20,000 bases of DNA from Psammoneis japonica. Its lineage: Eukaryota. The notes beneath the pieces are model-generated. The model made no database searches and was not told the origin of the DNA. It was given only the letters and a program-made list of their open reading frames with translations. Position 1 is the first letter of the stretch. Every line of letters begins with the position of its first letter. Of the stretch, positions 9,401 to 19,070 are shown one piece after another. The position numbers and the translations under genes were made by a program. The stretch lies in assembly GCA_008632985.1 (NCBI GenBank), contig QPGO01000271.1, positions 59,924 through 79,923 on the forward strand, written 5' to 3'.

Positions 9401-10999
9401 TGCCTCCAAGCTGATGACCAACCGCAAGCTCCACATTGTGCAATCCTGTCTCTGCCGTGTCATGGGTGCTGACTGCAACAAAGGACACAAGATTGGCACA
9501 AGCTGGCCACCCTGTTTGTGCAATGTCACTGCAGCGCACATGCCTGGTGAATCATTTTGCACCAACATGTTTGCTCATCCACTCCAGTGTGTCTTGTGTC
9601 AACAAAATTCCTCCCTCAGACCAAACCCAGTCCTGGAGTGCGTGCCTGCCAGCTGCCAGCATGCCTGTTTGTCATTCCCAAAAATGCTCCCTCTCTTTGA
9701 ATGCCAAATTTTTCAAATCGCTCATTGTTGAATGTCAGCTGATGAGTTTTACATTCCTTTTGAATGGCAGGTGTTGTTTGCATCCTCACATTGTCCGTTC
9801 ACTGTGTTTTGCATGATCTGCGCAAAGAACAATGGCACTCCCAACTGTTGTTTGCCAGAATTTTCAAATCACCACCCAATTTTATTTTTTGGGCACAATT
9901 TTCACAGATGAAAGGGCTGCAGTCCGAACACTTCTTTTTGCATTTTTGGCTTGCCTGTGGCATCTTGCTTTGCCATCTGGGTCCCCGCACTCTTGGCCAT
10001 CCCCTGTTCATCACCCGCGACAAACAGAGCATCTTTTCGCACAGTTTGCAACTGGCCAGCGCGTTTAAAATTTTCATGTTTTGGTCATCCAGTTCCAGCT
10101 AAAACTTTCCAGGAAACCAGGTTCATCTCTTTGCCCTCAGATGAGTTCCAGGTCCAGGTGGGACCTCACACTGCTGAGCTGTGACATCGACAGATTTTTG
10201 AATCACGTCGCATGTCGCGCACGTGGATTTCTGCGTGATTTTTTTGACATTTTGTGTCATTTTACGGTGCACTTGTTGAGCGATCCGTCCAACAACTTTT
10301 GACATTTTTTGTTACAGCGCGATTCTACAATGTCTTAAGAATCACATGGGGCAGGCGCATTTGCAAAAACATTGAGTGGCAAGAGGCACATTTGCACCAC
10401 AAACTTGGCCGTTTATTTGATGTTGAAGATGAACATGTCCATTGATTGAATTCTTGCACTGCGGAGCTCGCACACAGAATTCTGCGGGCCCAATGTCACA
10501 CGGAGTCCCACCCAGGGCTGGAACGCGTCCTCACTCATCATCCAGTCTTGCTCTCACCCTTCTGTCTTCCTCAATCACACCCGATTCTTCTCTCGCGGTT
10601 TTGCAAGATTCGTGCAGGTGCTCCGTGGTGCAATCCACTGATGTGACCCTCTCTGGATGTGCGCACTCCTGCACAGAATGCCCTCATTCCCAACAGCGCT
10701 TTCCGGCACAATGCAAAGTCTCCGCTCACTGGAGGTGGGCAACGTCCCTCTGCGAAAGGCCAGGGGATGTCTGCGCCGGCATCATGTTTGTCAAGATGAG
10801 CCACGTCCATCACGTTGTCTTCTCTCACAGTCACTGCATCCTCTCTGACAGGCAGCAGAGCACACATGATTTTTGGGAGCCGGCATTCCATGTCTTGTTT
10901 TTTGGCAAGCCACCATGATCACACAAGGATTTTGCATCAAAAGGTCAACTGGCGTCTCCAGTTCAAAGTCCACCAAATCTAGCGTCAAAGTCATCTGAC

Positions 11000-12140
11000 T
11001 TGTTCACACAGCCGCCACCTGTCAAATGGGTGAAGGGCCATCAAGATCGGCGCGCTCCAATGCATGCCCCACCCCTCAACGCCAGAGTCAATGTCCAAGC
11101 GGATCAATTGGCAGGGGCATGCCAAGGACAGCACCCTTGGGACACCACAATGGTGCTGCCCTTTCCGAATTGTCACTCACATTTGAGTCTCCCAGATGGC
11201 ACGTTGACCGCAGGCCACAAACGTCATGTCAGATGCACGGCCACCACCCCACAATTGCTGCAATGCATCATTGAATGCAGCCAGTGGAGTCCAGAGGTGA
11301 CAGAGCTGATTGATTGGGATGCTCATGCCATCCTCATAAAACGTCATTCCAAACAACACGTCGGAACAGTCAATCAAGCCAGCTCACAATCTTCTCCCCA
11401 CCAATGAGATCGTCCGCCGATGCAACTCAGTGAGACCTCACCAGTGTCTTCATTGTGAGCATCCCATGGAAGACAGGGACCACATGCTCTGCTGTCCACA
11501 TGATGAACCATGGCAAAGAAAGTTTCCACAAGGTTTGAGGAGGTGTTGTGACCGAATCGACACCATGCCAACCCTTCGGGACTTCTCATTGCAGTCCATT
11601 GAAGCATGGTTTCACAGTGAGATGGTTTGTCTTAAAGATGTTGATTGCAGATGCAGAGTTCTGTGGCAGGCTCAATCCGATGTGGGGTGGTGGCAAGTGT
11701 TCAGTGGAGGGCATTCCCTTCTGTGGAGTGTCATTCAATCTGGACATCCAAGAGATTCTGGGATCCTTCATCAGCACCAGGAGGAGAACAAACAACCACC
11801 AACCTGGACAGTGCAGACAGGAACGTTTGTCTGGTGGCAATGGCGGGAATTGTGGGAAGAGCACAACAAACACTTCCATGGCCATGATGCAGAAACTGGA
11901 CAATCTTTGCAGAGATGCAAAGTGGAGGCTGAGCTGACAGCTGTGTGCAACAAACATCAGGAACACTTGGCAAAAGACCAAGGAGTTCTGCTTGATTCTG
12001 TGGCAGAACACAAGACCTTTGCTGCTGCATGCATGCAAAATTGGATTTCTGTGGTTGAGCCCAGATTTGAGGAAAGCCTCAAGGAAGCCAAGAGGCTGGC
12101 AACACGCAGCACATGCACCATTGCCAGTCATTTCCGTCGG
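11000..12140 (+). mobile_element. Second LINE fragment: end of RNase H, zinc knuckle and C-terminus
   Basis: VKWVKGHQD...LNARVNVQADQLA; QWSPEVTELIDWDAH; HNLLPT; CLHCEHPMEDRDHMLCC (CX2C...EX3HX3C knuckle, ~11445-11495); QSDVGWWQVFSGG.S..W; WRELWEEHNKHFHG (WxxRNxxxHG-like); ends TIASHFR. Confidence 0.85.
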
Positions 12141-12199
12141 GCGTCTCCTCTGGGAGACGCCGCTTCAGGCTGGTTGCGCACACTTCTGCCACACCTCCA

Positions 12200-12960
12200 A
12201 GTGGAGTTTGCTGGAAGTGTGGGTTGGCCGGTGCCGGTGTTGCTGGGCAAAGGTGCAACAGCACTTAAAACAATTGATTTGGTTTTTTTAGCGTCAAAGT
12301 CACTTTGTCTGTGCATGTGTTGCAACTGATTCTGGTGTTTTGCACCCACCCCTTCAAAAATGGTTGCAAGCTGCACCTGCACAACCTGTTGCTGCCCACA
12401 CATCCCACTGCAACACAACAATTGAATGCCCAAGAGTCAACGCATGTTGTCCAGTTTTTCATGCAAATTGAACATCTGGAATTCTTCCTCAATGTGGTCT
12501 CTTTGCAAATGACACAACAGCCTTGCAATCCAGCATCACCTCATCACAGTGCATCTGGGATTGCCCAAGTTGCATCTCCACATTTCCAACACATTGTCTT
12601 GCTCCACCATTTCTCACAAAACATTGAGCATGTGTGGCCTCAACAGCTTGTTGACAAAATCCATTTTCAATGTCATTCTCCAGCTGAGGTGGGAAAACAC
12701 GCATTCCAGGACTCCCTTTGTCAATGCAACGCATCCAAGGCCACCCAGCGTGTCGCACTTCTTGCAATTTGAACACAACATGTTTGATGTCAGCCCCAAG
12801 CATTTGTTGATGTTGTTTGCTGCTGCAAAGATCGTGGATTGTGATGGGTTTGGCTGCTGTGTGAGCAGTTCTCTGCACAGTCACCAAATCTTGAAATTTC
12901 ACAAGTGGGGCAACAGGCTGTGCATTCTCTCTCTTGGAAATTTTTGGCATCCTCAAATGA
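12200..12960 (-). pseudogene. Possible degraded coding fragment with a Cys-rich, zinc-finger-like segment
   Basis: Protein-like frame in 12489..13076(-), followed in another frame by CVICKETTLRKNSRCSIC...CVAVGC..RLCRC...CNTC. Weak, because Cys is inflated by the mutation bias. Confidence 0.2.
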
Positions 12961-13058
12961 AATGATTGAAGATTGTGTTTTTCAAATGTCTCATGTCGCT
13001 GAAAGAGAACACAAAATTTTGGTGTTCTTTGTAAATGCTGTGGCATGGATTTCCCATG

Positions 13059-13177
13059 TTTGTGACACAACTCCAAACACTGTCACCAAAATGGGTTTCA
13101 CATCTTGCACAATTGCACAGATTTGTGATGCAATTTTTCACACTGCCACCAAAACAGGCAAGACATTTTGCACAATT
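13059..13177. repeat. Two-copy tandem repeat, 63-bp period
   Basis: tttgtgacacaa...acactgtcaccaaaatgggtttcacatcttgcacaatt versus tttgtgatgcaa...acactgccaccaaaacaggcaagacattttgcacaatt. Confidence 0.8.
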
Positions 13178-14199
13178 CAATTTTCATTCCTGCGACAATT
13201 GCAGTGACTTGACATGCAGCCCCATGTGATCCTCCTCACACCAAAGCGCCGTGGTCACAATGCAACACAGAAACTTCACAATTGTGTCATTGTGTGGTGT
13301 TGCCAGGTTGCACCGTCAGCTTGCCGCAACACCCACAATTGCTTTCCATGTCGTTGTTGTGCTCCACCTTCCATGTTGCATCTCGTCTCCCTCCCCAATT
13401 CCAACAGGACTTGATCACAAAAACAACAAAATCTCTGGCAACATGTGCATTTCCAACCCAGCCAGCATGTGAGCAAGAGGACTTTGACATGCAAGAAGGT
13501 CTCTTCTGTTGGATTGTCTCCCACACACATCAACCATTCATTCAGCACTCTCAACATGGATGGATTTCTCAACGCACTTCCTGCTGGCCAAGCTTTGGCA
13601 ATCTGGGCAAGAGCACTTTGTGGCTGTTCAATGGTTTGCAATGACAAACATCTGTCCTCCGCGTTGAGGGAGGTGGCAGTGGAATTGTCAGCACAGAAAG
13701 CCAGATGAAGAGATGCTGATGCCAGGAGAAAATCTTTTGCCCAGAAAAGAAAGCGCCAACACAACACCAGTGTCCGGGAAAATGGTGCATCCACTGATGG
13801 GATTGGCTGTGCTTCTGTTGGTTCCCATGTGGAGGGACTTTTGATTGAATCACAGAAGGAAATTTCAGCAGAGTTTTGCTTGCACTCAAACAGATTTGGA
13901 CAGTCAAAGTCAATCAATTTGTCATTGTTTGGCACTTCAGCCACCAAAGACCTGCAACTGTCCGAGGAAAGAAACATTGCCACTTCCGTTAAAAAAAAAA
14001 AACAGACAACACAAGTGATTGTGAAGCACCTGTTTCCGGTGCCGTCAATGCCATCCAACAATTGCCAGAAGGAGCAGGTGCAGATGACTGTTGCAATGAG
14101 CCACTCTTCACTGACCAAGCAGAGTTGGACCACCACAGTTTTGGATCATGCAATGACTTGACAAAACCAGCCAAAATCCCCAATGCCAAGAACGTTGCT

Positions 14200-14560
14200 G
14201 TTGACAACAACATGTTGGCAGTTGGCATTGTTTTTGGTGATGAGACCGCCGATGTCTCCACCCAGGAATGCAGAGACACAGCACGTTGTCAGGCACTGGT
14301 CAGATCTGGCTTCAATGTCCACACTGTGGACTGCCATGAGACAAACACCCCACATCCAAATCACATGAACGCCGGTGTGCATGTGCACTTGGTCAATCCA
14401 AGAACTGGGCTGCCAAGGAATGCATCTGCAACTCTGTGTCATTGGATGTTGCATCTGTGACAAAATGGCATTTCAACAACAGGGTCTTGTTGGACTCTTT
14501 TTTCAGTCAATCGTTGGCTCGACTCCATCAAAAGCTGTTGCATCAGAGTGCACGATGTTG
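14200..14560 (+). pseudogene. Degraded Rossmann/SAM-methyltransferase-like domain, paralogous to 19300-19800
   Basis: MLAVGI...QECRDTARCQAL..GFNVHTVD...HMNAGV, then after a frameshift CNSVSLDV...KWHFNNR....FFSQSLARL. The motif order is the same as in the 19.3-19.8 kb domain. Confidence 0.45.
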
Positions 14561-14799
14561 CAACATCTGCGCGCATGATAAAAACACATTGCCACATTAT
14601 AAAATTTACTTGTCTGCACACAACGGTTTTTGTCATTCAGGCAATTGTTAATTTCCTGCTGTTCTTCATGTTTGAACACAGATTTTTTTTAATTTTTGTG
14701 CTCTGCCTTTTTCACAACAACTGACGATCTTTAACGACAAGCCAAACATTGCAATTGCATGCAATGAAATTTTCATCATGTGAAGTGTGCACCAATCAT

Positions 14800-15610
14800 T
14801 TAATCAACAACTGTGCTCCAATTTGCCAAGTCGTCTGCATCGTCCTCTTCATTCCACATGTCTTGTCCGCTCTCTTGCAAGAATTTCAAATGTGCCGCTG
14901 CCGTGTTGGATGTTTCCTCGTCACCGTTCCAAAAAAGCCACACTGCATTTCTCTTGCATTTGGGTGAACATCATCAAGAGGAAGAGGTCCCTTGAAATGC
15001 AGAATCGCACCACTGCTCCCCTCTTGACGTTGTGTTGTCGGCTTCTTTTTCTCTTTCTTCATTTTGCCCGTCCTGTTTTTCTCTTCCTTCTTCATCTTGG
15101 CACCGCCTGTTTTCACTGTCACCGGCGTCTTTCCATCCGAATCCTTCTTTTTCATTGATCCCGTTGCTGTCGCCTTCATTGTCTCTTGTTGTTGTTGTTG
15201 TTTTTTTTCTGTTGTGTGTCACTTTGTTTTGGATCCATGATTCTGACTTCTCTCTGTGCTGTCTCCATTTCTGAGTGTTTCTTTGTGATTGTTCGCATGC
15301 ATCACTTGAAGGCACCCACGTGTTCTTCACGCACCTTAACGCGTGTGCAGAAATCCATGTTGTTTTCCAGTGCATGCACCCTTTCTCCTGATGCTGTCAC
15401 TCACAACATTTTCTTCCATCAATTCTGCACTCCGCGCTGCCCTTTCCCGGTGCAATCTCATGTGGGATTTCCCTGGGAGAAGTCACATGCGCACGTCTGG
15501 CAGGTTTTTGTGTTCACAACTCCAAATCCTGCCAGGCACGTGTGTGACTTCTCCCATGCACCACTCTGGTGCATTTCTGCAGAAACCAGATTTTTTGGTG
15601 TTGGAACAGC
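14800..15610 (-). pseudogene. Possible degraded coding fragment with Lys/Glu-rich low-complexity region
   Basis: Protein-like segments in shifting frames: VHALENNMDFCTRVKVREEHVGAFK, MKKKDSDGKTPVTVKTGGAKMKKEEK..., HLKFLQESGQDMWNEEDDADDLANWS. No family recognised. Confidence 0.3.
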
Positions 15611-16698
15611 AACCATGGCGCCACGCAACCTGTCGGTCGCCTCTCTGTCGCAAGACAACAATGGTTCCTGCCTCAAGGAGGCCGCATTTGAATCTCTCTT
15701 TGCCAACAGTTTTGGAGTGATCGATGGCAACAAGTGGAGCCGTGTCAAAGCGATGATCAAGACGTTGAAATCCAAGGTTCAGCTCCACTGCGACTCCACT
15801 TCTGATCCCTCTTCGAATTGGATCATGCTTGCCCATGTGTGGCAAAAGTCAAAGGGCAGACCTCATTTTTTGTGGAGCTGATGGCTGTGAACTGCATTGT
15901 TGCAAAGGAGCTTGGGTGCAAGAGCTTGCTGCACTTTCTTTCCACAAAAAGATCAAGGCACCAAACATCCTCATGCATTGGAGCATCGCCATGCTCCCAA
16001 AGCAGCGGACATGAAAGTTGTCGGCGACAAGGCAAAATCAACAGACATTGCAACCAACATGATGGCAAAGATTTCCATGTTGCACAAGCTTCTCCATGAT
16101 CCCGGGTTGTGCGACCCAAAGGGAGAGCCACTTGTTGAGCACATTGAGCTGAGAAGTTTTGAAGGGAAGGTTTTGCGTTACGCGCAACACCTTCACATTG
16201 GTTTTTTGATTCTTCATGACAAGATTCTGCCGCACGCACCTGAAAGGAATGGTGATTGTGATCATTGGCTTTGCTCCCTGTTCGGCGAATGTGACGAGAC
16301 ATCAACTTGCATCAACTTTTTGGAGAATTTTCTGGCTCTTGGTCACTGTGATGAGATGACCAAAGACGAATGCCCTGTGTCCTTCCCTGAATTCGTAAAG
16401 TCGTTGTTCCGCCAACACAAAAATTCTTGGGAAAAGCCCATGCAACTGGCGATGCTCGATGTCGAGCGAGAACAAATGTGTGCAACACATGTCAATGAGA
16501 CTCTTTTAAGATGTGTGAAAATTGATCGTGTGGTTTCTGCCGCTGACAATTCCGGCAAAAGCAAGGCTGCAAGGGATTGTTTTGAGGCCATGTGGAAAGC
16601 CAGGCTTCGTGACTTTGCCACTCAGTGCAAGAAGAAAGAATTCGGCAATGCAATTCCATCCGTTACGAAAAATGCTTGGAAACAAAAAAATCCAAATG

Positions 16699-16783
16699 GT
16701 GTGAATCCATCACATTGTTTGAATGATTGTTTGTGCTCCTCTTCTTGTCTCCAATTCTTCTGTTCTTCTTGCAACCTCTTTAG
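16699..16783 (+). other. Spliceosomal intron (85 nt, GT...TAG)
   Basis: G|GTGTGA donor, pyrimidine-rich body, CTCTTTAG| acceptor. Removal joins ORF 15897 (phase 1, G) to CC at 16784-16785 (GCC) and continues in the frame of ORF 16723. Confidence 0.8.
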
Positions 16784-18985
16784 CCGCCTCCCTTTGCTCC
16801 TCAAGCCCCAGTCTCAAAAACCCCAAAGATGGCAAACCTTCTGATGTTTCTCAGAACGAATTGCTGATTCTCCAAGATGTGCCCACTCTCAAGGAACAAT
16901 TTGAACATTCCCAAACAAAGTGGTTGACCCTCGGCACAACTTGTCAGTCACCTCCTCCTCTGCCAGACAATTTCACAAAAGAAGAGCTTGTGAAAGTGTT
17001 TCCTGAACCATCTCCATTTGCGATTCCGGGTGAGGTGAAGTCACAACATTCTCACCTTGTCGTCTTTGAGGAAACCCCCATTTCCAGTTCCTTTGAGGGG
17101 AACTGTGTCAAGCACCAGTCACTCCACAGCATCTCCAATTTCTGCTTGGTGAATCACCTCCGCAAGTTCATGCATGGATTTGAAAACGGCGCAGCTCCCA
17201 ACAATCTGATGCAAGAATTGATGGTTGCGATTGCTTGCCCGACCCAGTCAACCTCTCATTTTTCCGACGTGGTCACTCATTTGTGACACACGGACAAGAT
17301 GCATCAGAAATGCTTTTTTGGATTGCGAGTCAGTGTGTCGTTGACACTCCGTGCAGTGTTGGAACATGGCGAGCCGAACAAAAAAGGGATGGACCAGAAT
17401 GCAAGTTGCGCTGTCGGATCTGTTTTGGTTGTTGTGGCCAGAATTACGAAGTCGCAGACGGTGAGTTAGCTGAAGTGGGACCTGCTCACAAGCCTGGTGC
17501 TGTCTTTGGCAGGGACAAGTGGGAGAAGCTTCCAAAGGATGTGCAGGCATGACAGCCTCAATCTTGGACGCCGCGCAACTCTGCGAGGACGAAATTAATC
17601 TTGTTGCTTTGAAAGAAATGCGTTCCTTCCATGACCCGCACCGTGACAGTCTTTTCGCGGCTGAGCTCCGCAAGATGGTTGGAGCCAAGCATGTTAGAAG
17701 GGAAGGCGTGGAAATTCAAGTGAAGTGCATCTCGTCGTCCGGCAAAAAATCCGTCAATTCGAAACCGAGCTGCACATTGACAAAGAGGATTGTGACATGG
17801 ATGGGTGCACCAAGACTGGTGCTCTTTGCTCGTCACTGCGAGACGCTGTTGGTCGCTCTTGGTCGTTGAAGGTTGTCACTGCATCCAAAGGCAATGCTGG
17901 AAACTGTGTCAGTTCGGCACATGGGCATGCCGAGTTCCGATCGCGTGTGCATGGTCATTTCGCAAAACTTGATCTGTCACATGCTGCAGAAATGATGAGA
18001 CCCGTGGCCCTTCGTTCTCTGTCAGGCAAGCCCCACAGAAACATCAAAGATTTTTTCCTTGACCCTCACTCTGTGTGAGTGGAAGATGAAATTAGCAAGC
18101 CAAATCTTCCGTCCGACACAGTTGAGTGTCCCGTCATTGTCATGCCGAGGAAACGTCTTCCGTTTGCCATCGTGGAGGACTTTAATTTCTCACAACCTCG
18201 ATGAGGCTGGTGCACACGATTGCTTTTGTTGCACCATTGTGGCTGGGTGTCAAACCAGATTCTCCCGTTTTTGCCACTTGTTGTGCAACACAGATGCTGT
18301 GAAGCGTCCTTTCGTGGCTGGCGATTGTGTCCTTCATTGCTTCAGAGAAGCCACAAGGCCACTCGGCAGCATTGCAGGGGATCGCAACAACCGATGCATG
18401 CAGAGCCCGGGACTCGATTTCAAGGAGGTTCATGTGGCAGAGTGCTGGACGAAACTCAATGGTTTGATGGACTTGCTTGTTGGCGGACTGGTTGTTGTCA
18501 TGGACTGGATCAATGACAATGTTGGCAAGCCAACGTTTGGCCACAAGGCAATCGAGGACATGTTTAAAACCGTGGTCCAAACATGGGATCATGCAGGTGC
18601 TGATTGTGGAGAGTTCAGATGCATGAACTCTGTGCAGACATTGATGCTGTGTGGCACAGGGATCCATCCTCACCCCGGTGGCCAAGTTGGGAGCGGCAAA
18701 GCAAATGGAAGAAATGAAGGTCCCAGTGGAGGAGCGCGATTTACTCTTGGAACGGACAGAGGGTGATTTTGATTTGGAAGACTGTGGAAAGAATGGCCCA
18801 GAGTCTTTGCTGTATGACCTGAGTGCAGCTCGTGAAAAGATGGGAATCTGCGATGTCTTTTGTTGCGGACAGCATCTGTTGCTCTTGTTCTCTGATGGGC
18901 AATCAATGATCAAGCGGTTTGGAAGGTGTGAATGGGAGCCAGTCCCATTCGTGTCGATTGATGAAGTTCGAGCCGAACTGGAACG

Positions 18986-19070
18986 GCAAAGAGAGGTCTT
19001 TTTCATGGCAATCACATTTGTTTTTTGTCTGATTGTGCTGACATTGTCACATTGATTCTCGTTCTAACAG
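18986..19070 (+). other. Probable spliceosomal intron (85 nt) with donor GCAAAG (likely mutated from GTAAAG)
   Basis: T-rich body, GCTGAC branch-like motif, TTCTAACAG| acceptor at 19070. A donor at 18986 leaves CG + G = CGG and joins ...EVRAELE-R-KKAAGDLLSFAMNK in the frame of ORF 19090. The other candidate donors (18996, 19008) give an immediate stop. Confidence 0.6.

Noticed and set aside
9570..10995. Coding remnants between the accessory-like gene and the second LINE (also 7150-8070 and 1640-2240)
   Set aside because: Some frames look protein-like, but I recognised no motif and could not fix strand or frame.
6100..11090. Single LINE split by a 4.8-kb nested insertion with target-site duplication (WVKGHQD occurs at both 6106 and 11027)
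   Set aside because: The ~22 overlapping codons differ at many synonymous sites (AAA GGA CAC CAA GAC AGA versus AAG GGC CAT CAA GAT CGG). These are related but distinct LINE copies, not a TSD.
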